Virus record (IMG/VR): IMGVR_UViG_3300032236_000109
Coordinates: 1,016-65,015 of that record
Length of the DNA: 64,000 nt
Direction: 5' to 3' (one strand)
Source of the DNA: a virus
Lineage: Duplodnaviria; Caudoviricetes
The notes below the pieces were generated by a model, which was given only the letters and a program-made list of their open reading frames with translations, had not been told where the DNA came from and did no database searches. This document shows, piece by piece, positions 40,080 through 47,819 of the stretch (position 1 is the stretch's first letter; each line of letters starts with the position of its first letter). The translations under genes and the position numbers were made by a program.

Positions 40080-40310
40080 TCATTTTTCTTGCACTTTTTT
40101 TAATAATTCGTCAAGCATCATATTTCCTAAGTTTTCGTAACTTTTTATTTTGTTTTTCAACGCCTCAATTTCAGCTTGTTGCTGGCGTACCAAGGATTCA
40201 AGTTGGTCAATGTAGTGCTTTCTATTTCCGTAATAAACAGAGTCCATGTTAAACAAATCAACTTCTCGTAAATCCTCAAGCAATTTATCAGCTAGTTCAT
40301 TTGCGTTCAT
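40080..40310 (-). CDS. Mosaic small protein (modules A+B plus degenerate D)
   Basis: MNANELADKL..RQQQAEIEALK..LLKKVQEK. Confidence 0.7.
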   Translation of the reverse strand: MNANELADKLLEDLREVDLFNMDSVYYGNRKHYIDQLESLVRQQQAEIEALKNKIKSYENLGNMMLDELLKKVQEK

Positions 40311-40572
40311 TGCTCAGCTCCTTTGCTACCTCATTGCCACGCTCGGCGTATACCAGTTTGAACGCAAGGTCAACAATGTGTTTGTCTTGTGCTTTCATGT
40401 ACTCTTTTTGCGCCTCAATAACATCAAGGTGGCGCTTTTGCCATTGCTCTAGGTTGTTGATTTTCTCTGCTTGCTGGCGTAGCATGGTGGCTGCTTGTTC
40501 CATGTACTCATCGCAGTCATATTCCATAGTAAGGCTGGACATCAATTTATCAGCTAATTCATTTGCGTTCAT
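40297..40572 (-). CDS. Mosaic small protein (module A plus partial B)
   Basis: MNANELADKL..AATMLRQQAE. Confidence 0.65.
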   Translation of the reverse strand: MNANELADKLMSSLTMEYDCDEYMEQAATMLRQQAEKINNLEQWQKRHLDVIEAQKEYMKAQDKHIVDLAFKLVYAERGNEVAKELSNERK

Positions 40573-40573
40573 A

Positions 40574-40765
40574 TCAATGCGCCGTTGGAATGTTTTCAAT
40601 CTCACGCTCTGCAAGCATGGCATCTGCAATCTCATAAGCCCGTCTTGCTGCTACCTCATCCCAGTTTTTGCCGCTGGATAAATCAAACTTCCAGTCGCCG
40701 GAACACATACCGCTCATTACTTTGGCGGCAAAATAATCTCTTAATCTACGTTGTCTATCAGTCAT
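40574..40765 (-). CDS. LRDYFAAK-family small phage protein
   Basis: LRDYFAAKVM..AYEIADAMLAER. Confidence 0.7.
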   Translation of the reverse strand: MTDRQRRLRDYFAAKVMSGMCSGDWKFDLSSGKNWDEVAARRAYEIADAMLAEREIENIPTAH

Positions 40766-40941
40766 ACTGTTTCCTCATATTTGGCTAATTGTTTTTTTAA
40801 CTCTTTAATTTCAGCACATTTTTCGTTGTAATTTTTCATCCAAATATTTCTCTTGTAGGCAAAGTATTGAACTCTCCTACCTAATACATGTAAATCGTGC
40901 CTAAAGGCTTCAACCTCGTTTTGAAAATCATCTTGTGTCAT
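40762..40941 (-). CDS. Hypothetical protein, first gene of the leftward operon
   Basis: GAGGAGAGG RBS. Confidence 0.55.
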   Translation of the reverse strand: MTQDDFQNEVEAFRHDLHVLGRRVQYFAYKRNIWMKNYNEKCAEIKELKKQLAKYEETV

Positions 40942-40963
40942 ATACCTCTCCTCTTTTTTTAAG

Positions 40964-40992
40964 ACTATAATCATTACTATCAGAAATGTAAA
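40964..40992 (-). promoter_or_regulatory. Sigma70-type promoter of the leftward operon
   Basis: TTTACA-17 bp-TATAGT on the minus strand. Confidence 0.65.
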
Positions 40993-41027
40993 TAGGTTGT
41001 TCCCATTTTTTTCACATATATTGATTA

Positions 41028-41426
41028 GTGATTACCCTTAAACTACCTTATCCATGCAGCGTGAACTCTTACTGGCTGACGTCAGGTAAGCGCCGCTATA
41101 TATCGAAACGTGGAATGGCGTTTAAAGCTGCAGCAGCAGAGGCGTGTAATGGACTAACTGGATTTGGAAGTGATCCAGTAGAAGTGTCAATCGTGTTGTA
41201 TCCAAGAGACAAACGGCTGCTTGACATAGATAACATTTGTAAATGTATTCTAGATTCATTACAAGGGTATCTGTATGAGGACGATCAACAGGTCTGGAAG
41301 CTGACCGTTGAACGAGCCGAAAAGATTAAAGGCGGAGGATGTGACGTGACCGTCAAAGAATATAGTAAGCATGATCCTACTGTAACGGATCGCATGGCTG
41401 CGCTTATACAAGACTTAACTGATTAG
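41028..41426 (+). CDS. rusA: RusA-like Holliday junction resolvase
   Basis: LPYPCSVNSYW..DIDN..K..LDSL..EDDQQV. Confidence 0.88.
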   Translation: MITLKLPYPCSVNSYWLTSGKRRYISKRGMAFKAAAAEACNGLTGFGSDPVEVSIVLYPRDKRLLDIDNICKCILDSLQGYLYEDDQQVWKLTVERAEKIKGGGCDVTVKEYSKHDPTVTDRMAALIQDLTD

Positions 41427-41579
41427 GTGCGCTATGCACTTTCATGCGGCATGAATGCATGAATTTTCAATAAATGATGCATCTCATTCTTATTTATAGG
41501 TTCCCTTTTGGTACCTTTAGGTATTAATTTTCTATATACATTGATACCTATAGGTATAAAAAATGCTAATAAGTATGCA

Positions 41580-41629
41580 TATATAGGGTAAACCCTAATT
41601 GCTGTCAACGGCTGACAGCGTTGTATAAT
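41580..41629. promoter_or_regulatory. Divergent promoter hub with two palindromes
   Basis: Minus strand TTGACA(41608-41603)-17-TATATA; plus strand TATAAT at 41624; TAGGGTAAACCCTA 41584-41597; GCTGTCA-N5-TGACAGC 41601-41619. Confidence 0.6.
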
Positions 41630-41635
41630 AGCAAC

Positions 41636-41716
41636 AATGCCCTCCTCGGCATCCTTGGTGCAACTCCTCATTGCACCCCCCTTTGGGAGCGTGAGTATAC
41701 CGCTCCCATCTTTTTA
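41636..41716 (+). ncRNA. Candidate sRNA: two hairpins with CUCCUC loops plus intrinsic terminator
   Basis: ATGCC-CTCCTC-GGCAT; GGTGCAA-CTCCTCA-TTGCACC; TGGGAGCG..CGCTCCCA followed by TCTTTTT; TATAAT about 7 nt upstream. Confidence 0.65.
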
Positions 41717-41724
41717 TGCTACAA

Positions 41725-41740
41725 TTGCTGCATTGCAACA
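41725..41740. promoter_or_regulatory. PhaR-like operator
   Basis: TTGCTGCATTGCAACA matches the TGC-N3-GCA pattern of phasin promoters; lies just upstream of AAGGAG/ATG 41759. Confidence 0.45.
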
Positions 41741-41758
41741 TATCTTAAGGAGATAACC

Positions 41759-41899
41759 ATGTTTACATCTGAATTTGAAAAACAGTACAAAGATGCAGTA
41801 GCTAAGTTTGAAGTAGTAGCTGAGCATATTAAGCAAGCCAATGAGTTTTGGTTCAATGCTATACTCTCCAGCTTCAAGTCTTTCTCAAAGACTAAGTAA
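41759..41899 (+). CDS. 46-aa amphipathic-helix protein (mini-phasin candidate)
   Basis: Strong AAGGAG RBS; followed by its own terminator. Confidence 0.6.
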   Translation: MFTSEFEKQYKDAVAKFEVVAEHIKQANEFWFNAILSSFKSFSKTK

Positions 41900-41914
41900 T
41901 CGGTCTTAGACCGC

Positions 41915-41951
41915 AGGGGGTGAGCAGAAACTGCTTGCCCCTTTTCTTTTT
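41915..41951 (+). terminator. Intrinsic terminator
   Basis: GGGGTGAGCAG-AAA-CTGCTTGCCCC followed by T-run. Confidence 0.75.
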
Positions 41952-42006
41952 GTGTTACACTAATTGCGCAGATTGGAACTTTGGACGGTTCCTTGATGTT
42001 ATAATC

Positions 42007-42123
42007 AGCCACGAAACCCTATACACATGGGGTCTGTCATAGTTTTCTTATGCTTGGTTCGTGGCTTGACAAACATAAGCGAATGTCCAAAACAGACTCC
42101 AGTTGTATGGGGTTTTTTCTTTT
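42007..42123 (+). ncRNA. C4/CI-like antisense hairpin RNA candidate
   Basis: TGnTATAAT at 41997-42005; three nested stems; loop TTCGTGGCT (42058-42066) complementary to AGCCACGAA (42007-42015). Confidence 0.5.
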
Positions 42124-42126
42124 CTG

Positions 42127-42312
42127 CGGTCTATTCCGGACGCTTGAAACTTACACCAGCGGAATAGGTCTCAGCGCTACTGGGGGTTTAGTAGATGGAA
42201 CAGCGCAATATCGGTGGCGAAGCTAGAGCCGATACTACGAACGTCTGGCGGGTGCTGTGGCTCCGAACGGGTAACAGTTGAAGGCATCTAGGTAAGGCTA
42301 GGTGCGTTCACC
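42127..42312 (+). ncRNA. Multi-hairpin structured non-coding element upstream of replication genes
   Basis: CTATTCCG/CGGAATAG, GCGCT/AGCGC, TATCGG/CCGATA, GAACG/CGTTC and GCATCTAG/CTAGGTGC stems. Confidence 0.45.
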
Positions 42313-42371
42313 AAACGGGTAACATGCGGCATTATAGTATTACATGTTATATACGGGTATATGAGGATAGT

Positions 42372-42557
42372 ATGGACATAAGAGAAGAAATCAAAAAAGC
42401 AACTGGGGTAATCCCCGATTCAGTTAAATACGGATCAGTGCAACAATCAATCAGGTGGAAAGAGCGGGCGATGAGTGCTATACGTACTGCAGATAACCCA
42501 AAATCCACACAATATGAATTAAAAATGGCATTGGCATCACTAACGAGGAACGCATGA
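42372..42557 (+). CDS. Hypothetical protein (start MDIREE)
   Basis: GAGG RBS; ATGA overlap with the next gene. Confidence 0.55.
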   Translation: MDIREEIKKATGVIPDSVKYGSVQQSIRWKERAMSAIRTADNPKSTQYELKMALASLTRNA

Positions 42558-43438
42558 AGTTATCCCAAATAACACTAGACACGACCCTGCAAATGCGGGA
42601 AAAGATTGACGAAGAAGTAGTATCAGAGTATAGCCAAGCATTACTAGACGGCGCTAAGTTTCCGCCAGTAGTTTTATTCCATGACGGTAAAAATTATTAC
42701 ATCGGTGATGGCTGGACACGCATTCTTGCTCATCAATTAGCGGGCTTTGAAATAATCAACGCTGACGTTCGCATGGGCAGCTACGATGATGCATTTGACT
42801 ACGCTCTCAAGGACGCTAACAAAGATCATGGACAAAGATATACCAACGCAGATAAGCGTAAAAAAGTATTAAAGGCAGTCCATACTCCACGTTATGAGAA
42901 AGAGAGCAGCCGTAAGATTGGTGAGATCTGCAACGTGTCTCATGCTTTTGTAGCTAAGGTTCGTGAAGAGACTGGAACCAAACCAAACGTCATCAAGACC
43001 GTACAAAACGGTAAAGAAGTAATGATGACCAACACCAAAAAAGATATCAAGAAAGATGAGCTAGTTGAGGATCCCATTGAAGAGAATCAAGTCATCACTG
43101 AGCTATCGCACACCGTACAAGAACTTGCGGAAGAGAATAAAAAACTTGAAGCAAGGGTCGCTGTGGCTGCGATGGACGCTACCGAAGAAGAGAAGTCTAG
43201 CGCACATCAAATTATTTCTGATCTACAAGAGCAAGTTAGAATGCTTGAAGCGGACAATCGAGTATTAAAAGCATCTCGTGATTCATTCCAAGCCGAAGCA
43301 TCTGAAGCTAAGAAGCAAGCTCTATATGGAAAGCGCCGTTACGAAAAGGCGGAGAAAGAAATAGAAGAGCTACGCAAAAAGTTAGCAGATATAAAAATGA
43401 AGTTGGATTTTGCAGAAGCAGATTTAGCAATACGTTAG
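42554..43438 (+). CDS. ParB-like N-terminal domain protein with coiled-coil tail
   Basis: LQMR..V.EY..GAKFPPVVLF..GDGWTR; HTH-like SSRKIGEICNVSHAFV. Confidence 0.75.
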   Translation: MKLSQITLDTTLQMREKIDEEVVSEYSQALLDGAKFPPVVLFHDGKNYYIGDGWTRILAHQLAGFEIINADVRMGSYDDAFDYALKDANKDHGQRYTNADKRKKVLKAVHTPRYEKESSRKIGEICNVSHAFVAKVREETGTKPNVIKTVQNGKEVMMTNTKKDIKKDELVEDPIEENQVITELSHTVQELAEENKKLEARVAVAAMDATEEEKSSAHQIISDLQEQVRMLEADNRVLKASRDSFQAEASEAKKQALYGKRRYEKAEKEIEELRKKLADIKMKLDFAEADLAIR

Positions 43439-43571
43439 TTTTACGGGGGGAAAGCAGGTCGGCTCGGCGACCTTAAATAACCTGTAGGTATTAATTAAAA
43501 GTTAATGCTCCTTCACATTGTTAGTACCCCCACCCGATACCAAGCGGTTCTTGGCAGACAAAGGAGAGAAG

Positions 43572-45050
43572 ATGTTACAGTTGCGCCCGCACCAGCAAGA
43601 AGTAGTGGAAAAACTACGGGATGGGTTTAAAGCAGGACATATGTGCCAGTTGTTGTATGCACCGACTGGCTTTGGTAAAACAGAGGTAGCAATGGCAATT
43701 ATGAAAGCCGTTGCAGAGAAGTATAAGAAGTGCGCCATAGTTTTAGATCGTATCGTTCTGGTCGATCAAACAAGCAGACGTTTAGATAAATATGGGATCT
43801 CTCATGGGGTTATGCAAGCCGGACATTGGCGTGATAAACCAGAAGAGCATATCCAAGTCTGCTCATCTCAGACGCTAGAGCTACGCAAATCATTTCCAGA
43901 GATTGATCTATTGATCGTGGACGAGTGCCACGTCACCCGCAAGGGATTGGTTCAGTTTATTAAAAACAATCCTCACATCAGAGTGATTGGATTGACTGCT
44001 ACCCCGTTTACAAAAGGTCTCGGCGATCTTTATACCCACGTTGTTGGCGCTACTCCTACTGGAGAATTGATAGACAAGGGATGGTTAGTACCATTGAAAG
44101 TTTATGTTGCCAAAGAGATAGACATGACTGGCATCAAGAAGCGGGCTGGTGAATGGGCTGCAGAAGACGTAACCCTCCAAGGTATCAAGATCGTTGGAGA
44201 TGTAGTGGATGAGTGGCACAAGAAAACCCACGCCATCTTTGGTAAACCAGTAAAAACCATTGTCTTTTCAGCAGGGGTAGAGCATAGTAGGGAGTTGGTA
44301 AAGCGGTTCGCAGATGCGGGCTATAACTTTGTTTCTATTTCCTACAAAGAAGATGACCAGTTCAAAAAAGACACTATCGAAGAATTCAGTAAGCCTGACA
44401 CTGATATTCACGGTCTTATTGCCACTGATATTCTCACTCGTGGTTTCGATGTTAGCGATGTTCTTATAGGCGTATCCGCCCGCCCGTTTTCCAAGTCCTT
44501 TAGCAGTCACGTCCAACAGATGGGTAGGGTTATGCGCTCCCATGAAGGTAAGACCTTTGGCGTTTGGCTAGATCACTCTGGTAATTTTTTGCGGTTCCGT
44601 AATGACTGGGACAAGATCTTCTACGAAGGGGTTACAGAACTTAAGGAAGGCGGAGAGAAAGCTAAGAAAGAGCCGACAGTCAAAGAAAAGAAAGAAGCTA
44701 TCTGCCCAGCTTGTAAGGTCTTATGGACGTTTTCTGGAAAAATCTGCGGCGCTTGTGGGTTTGAAAAGAAAAAGCCGACTGGCGTAGATATGGTAAATGG
44801 AGAGCTGCTAGAGCTGGTGGCTAACAATCAGAAGCTAATGATTGATAACAAACAGTTTTATGCTGAGCTGCTCTATTACTGCAAGGCAAAAGGATACAAG
44901 GATGGTTGGGCTGCCAATAAGTATCGAGAGAAGTTTGGCGTGTTCCCAAGATCAATCCCGCAAGATATTGCGCCGCCATCCCCAAGCACAATGAAGTGGA
45001 TACAAAGCCGCAACATAGCCTATGCCAAGGCTAAGCGAGTAGCAGCATGA
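43572..45050 (+). CDS. Superfamily 2 (DExH) helicase with Zn-finger
   Basis: LRPHQ, APTGFGKT, DECH, TAT, GFD, QQMGRVMR, CPAC..CGAC. Confidence 0.92.
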   Translation: MLQLRPHQQEVVEKLRDGFKAGHMCQLLYAPTGFGKTEVAMAIMKAVAEKYKKCAIVLDRIVLVDQTSRRLDKYGISHGVMQAGHWRDKPEEHIQVCSSQTLELRKSFPEIDLLIVDECHVTRKGLVQFIKNNPHIRVIGLTATPFTKGLGDLYTHVVGATPTGELIDKGWLVPLKVYVAKEIDMTGIKKRAGEWAAEDVTLQGIKIVGDVVDEWHKKTHAIFGKPVKTIVFSAGVEHSRELVKRFADAGYNFVSISYKEDDQFKKDTIEEFSKPDTDIHGLIATDILTRGFDVSDVLIGVSARPFSKSFSSHVQQMGRVMRSHEGKTFGVWLDHSGNFLRFRNDWDKIFYEGVTELKEGGEKAKKEPTVKEKKEAICPACKVLWTFSGKICGACGFEKKKPTGVDMVNGELLELVANNQKLMIDNKQFYAELLYYCKAKGYKDGWAANKYREKFGVFPRSIPQDIAPPSPSTMKWIQSRNIAYAKAKRVAA

Positions 45051-45166
45051 GCTTTACCATATATCAACAAGACGGTCTTAAAGTAATTCAATGGTTCAAG
45101 AATGCCGATGAGTTGCTTGCAAGTATGTTAAATAACCCTAAAGATGTTTACTGGAGAAATACATGA
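45047..45166 (+). CDS. 39-aa hypothetical protein (absent from ORF track)
   Basis: ATGA overlaps at both ends. Confidence 0.5.
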   Translation: MSFTIYQQDGLKVIQWFKNADELLASMLNNPKDVYWRNT

Positions 45167-45432
45167 AGTTAAAAGTTACAAAGCCCGCAATAAAACATAA
45201 AGACGGCACGATTACCAAAGCACCTAATGCATCTTGGAATCACGATGAGATCATTGAAAAAGCTGGCAAGTCAGGTCAGCATGGTTTCATGTTATCCGAT
45301 GGCACGTTTGCCACCAGAGCTAAGGCGGCAAAAATCGCAGAAGCAATCCATGAGGTTCCAAAGTCTGCAGGAAAGAAATTACACTCCCACGAATTGCGTC
45401 AAGCATTACATTTAAAAAAGGCAAAAGTATGA
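45163..45432 (+). CDS. Hypothetical protein
   Basis: H..QHGFMLSDG.F.TR..A..LHS.EL motif. Confidence 0.6.
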   Translation: MKLKVTKPAIKHKDGTITKAPNASWNHDEIIEKAGKSGQHGFMLSDGTFATRAKAAKIAEAIHEVPKSAGKKLHSHELRQALHLKKAKV

Positions 45433-45608
45433 GAAAAGAAAAAACACCTTACCATGATTTCCATATGACCCAAGAGCAAGTCGGCGATTATTTTGGTATC
45501 AGTCGTGCTGCTGCCGGACAATTAGAGACCCAAGCATTACAAAACTTTCGCAGAGAATTAGAAAAGCGTGGTATCAAGATGGAAGATTTAATGGGGAGCA
45601 TGCAATGA
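45429..45608 (+). CDS. Stand-alone sigma70 region-4-like HTH protein (absent from ORF track)
   Basis: MTQEQVGDYFGISRAAAGQLETQALQNFR. Confidence 0.65.
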   Translation: MRKEKTPYHDFHMTQEQVGDYFGISRAAAGQLETQALQNFRRELEKRGIKMEDLMGSMQ

Positions 45609-45772
45609 GAGACGGCGGCAAAGGGGATGTAAGACGTCCGTTAGTTGTATCAGAAGAGCAGTTCAACAATAACTGGGACGCTATCTTTAAAAAGGTGGTC
45701 AATGAGATTGTAGAAAAAGAAGCATTCAAAGGTGATGTTGGTGGAGTTCCATTGATCAAGGAAAAGAAATGA
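45605..45772 (+). CDS. 55-aa hypothetical protein
   Basis: GGKGDVRRP..F..NWDAIF; ATGA overlaps. Confidence 0.55.
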   Translation: MRDGGKGDVRRPLVVSEEQFNNNWDAIFKKVVNEIVEKEAFKGDVGGVPLIKEKK

Positions 45773-46566
45773 GCTTTCAAGAGTTTGCACAGCAGCATGG
45801 TTTGATCATAGATCACTTGGTATCTGATCGTTGGACTAGGGTTCCGACTACTGATAAGCCGCAATCCCGCAATGGCTCTTACATATTTGATGGAAACTCT
45901 GGAGCAGTCCAGAACTGGGCTATCCATGAGAAGCCGATTGGCTATCGTGGCAATCGTGACCCTCAATTTAGGGAAAAGATTAAAGTTGCACAAGTTAGCA
46001 GGGCAGAGGAAAACAAAAACGCCGCATCTAAAGCAGCATGGATTATGAATCAGGCTACCAAGAAAAAGCATAAATACCTAACGTCTAAGGGTTTCGCTAA
46101 CTCCGAAGGCTATGTATGGAATGACAGTCTTTTAATTCCCATGAGAATAGATCAAAAACTCGTTGGTCTTCAGATGATTAAGCCCGATGGTAAAAAGACT
46201 TTCTTGCGTGGTCAGATTACCAAGGGAGCTGAGTATCAGATTGACGCTAAAGGCGCTCATATACTGTGCGAAGGGGTTGCTACTGGTCTATCCATAAGAC
46301 GGGCTTTGAAAGCCGTTAATACCCGCTATACAGTCCATGTATGCTTCTCTGCTGGCAATATTAAGGCGATGGCTGCCAAGTATCCTGATTGCGTGATCGT
46401 TGCAGACCATGATCCAGTAGGAATTAAGGTAGCCAAAGAATCAGGACGTCCGTTTTGGGTATCACCTAACGTCAAAGAGGATTTCAATGACTATGAGCTA
46501 AGAGTAGGTGCTGCCGTTGCTGGTAAATCTCTTACTGCACTAGGTCTGTCGGTGGCTGCTGCGTAA
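45769..46566 (+). CDS. Toprim-domain primase
   Basis: HKYL..KG, GLQ.I..DG.K.FL, CEGVAT, ADHD, DFND. Confidence 0.85.
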   Translation: MSFQEFAQQHGLIIDHLVSDRWTRVPTTDKPQSRNGSYIFDGNSGAVQNWAIHEKPIGYRGNRDPQFREKIKVAQVSRAEENKNAASKAAWIMNQATKKKHKYLTSKGFANSEGYVWNDSLLIPMRIDQKLVGLQMIKPDGKKTFLRGQITKGAEYQIDAKGAHILCEGVATGLSIRRALKAVNTRYTVHVCFSAGNIKAMAAKYPDCVIVADHDPVGIKVAKESGRPFWVSPNVKEDFNDYELRVGAAVAGKSLTALGLSVAAA

Positions 46567-46723
46567 ACTCGTTGTTTACAAATACGGTTTGATCTAAGTC
46601 ATATAGGTTCTTGATAATGGCGTTCCCGACTAGAAATGACTGGCTGGGATCGCCTATGAGTTCCATACTAACTTCAATCTTGCCGTTTTTGCCGTCTTTG
46701 AGGTAGATAATTGTTGCGTCCAT
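46532..46723 (-). CDS. Hypothetical protein
   Basis: GGAG RBS; last gene of the leftward early run. Confidence 0.55.
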   Translation of the reverse strand: MDATIIYLKDGKNGKIEVSMELIGDPSQSFLVGNAIIKNLYDLDQTVFVNNEFTQQPPTDLVQ

Positions 46724-46941
46724 TGGTTCTCCAAAGCCTGACCCTCAATAAATAACTTGGGGAAGGTGTTTACTAATAGTTCTAAGTTAGTTTCATCAGC
46801 CAATAACGCTGCTTCTCCTATTCTACCAGCAAAACCCCCCTGCTTTATCAGTTTATGGATAACTGGAATTAGCTTGTTTCGGTCTATATAAAGCATAAAG
46901 CTATCACCATCAGACCAAATAAGAAGGTGCAGATAATGTCT

Positions 46942-47148
46942 TCAGATTTTAGTTCGTCCATGTTTAACCCCTATTCCATGTGCTTGTTCAATGCGTTTAA
47001 CAAACTCAAAGAGCTGAACTCGATGAGCATATTTGCGTGATACATCCATGTAAATTTGCATAATCTCGAACGGCTCAAGGGGTGGGGATACTTCAATATC
47101 CTCCATCTCCCTGAGACCATCAAAGAATGCTTTTTCGTTATTAGTCAT
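46942..47148 (-). CDS. Hypothetical protein (start MTNNEK)
   Basis: FVKRIEQAHGIG C-terminal motif. Confidence 0.5.
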   Translation of the reverse strand: MTNNEKAFFDGLREMEDIEVSPPLEPFEIMQIYMDVSRKYAHRVQLFEFVKRIEQAHGIGVKHGRTKI

Positions 47149-47320
47149 TGTCCAGTTCTGATTCAATATCGGTAATCTCAGTATATTCTCCCAAATCTCC
47201 GATGTCATTCCCAAATTCATCACTGGCTACATCTTCGGCTTCCCCGTAGTCTGGCGATTCTACAAAGTAGGTCTTTGACCCTCTAAAGTAAATAGTGACT
47301 GCGTATCCCTTCTGTCTCAT
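47141..47320 (-). CDS. Small acidic protein, DpnD/PcfM-like (absent from ORF track)
   Basis: YAVTI..FVESPDYGEAEDVA. Confidence 0.5.
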   Translation of the reverse strand: MRQKGYAVTIYFRGSKTYFVESPDYGEAEDVASDEFGNDIGDLGEYTEITDIESELDND

Positions 47321-47538
47321 GCGTTGATCTCCCTTCCATAGTCTGCGGGATCCATGTCCCTGATTACCATCATGGCATCTGCGTATTGATAAGCTAGTTC
47401 AGCAGCTCCAATAGGGCTGGCACTTGTCCATTTGTCAATTACTTGCGTCAAAGCCTTGGCAGCAAAATAATCACGCAAATCCATTCCTTGCCATTTATCA
47501 ATGCTGGCTGTGTTTACATCTATTGGAAATGCTTTCAT
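47317..47538 (-). CDS. LRDYFAAK-family small phage protein
   Basis: KAFP..GMDLRDYFAAKAL..AYQYADAM. Confidence 0.7.
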   Translation of the reverse strand: MKAFPIDVNTASIDKWQGMDLRDYFAAKALTQVIDKWTSASPIGAAELAYQYADAMMVIRDMDPADYGREINA

Positions 47539-47819
47539 ACATCCTCCTCGCATCTGCATCCAAAACCATCTTTAGCTGGGCAGTTATGTTTATGGTATTT
47601 CTCTCCAATCAGTTTGCCCGTATCCACTTTATAGTTGTGGGCTAGCTCATCCATAAGCCTAGATAAGCTATAAGCTACATCCTCATACGCATTCATATTT
47701 AAAATGTCATGTATGCGTTGATAGATATACTTGGTGGCTACTCTGCTAGCTCCCCATCCATTGGTATCGTCATCCATATACTGGTCAATCTGATTTAAAA
47801 AGTATTCTTTATTAATCAT
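47535..47819 (-). CDS. Hypothetical protein
   Basis: Coupled ORF; C-terminal CPAKDGFGCRC. Confidence 0.55.
   Translation of the reverse strand: MINKEYFLNQIDQYMDDDTNGWGASRVATKYIYQRIHDILNMNAYEDVAYSLSRLMDELAHNYKVDTGKLIGEKYHKHNCPAKDGFGCRCEEDV

Larger units (their letters stand above)
39015..40572. repeat. Interspersed direct-repeat modules shared between adjacent genes
   Basis: 31-bp TCATTTCTCTTGTGCCTTTCTTAGTATTGCT at 39015, 39508 and 39738 (degenerate at 39968, 40080); 25-bp at 39108/39628; about 36-bp near 39178/40153; 30-bp at 40281/40543. Confidence 0.9.

Noticed and set aside
41432-41758. ORF 41432-41671 (-) and the N-terminal extension of 41621-41899
   Set aside because: They overlap promoter, sRNA and terminator signals; the strong RBS supports a start at 41759
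42007-42320. tRNA or retron msr-msd
   Set aside because: No cloverleaf with T-loop and acceptor stem is recognisable, and there is no reverse transcriptase
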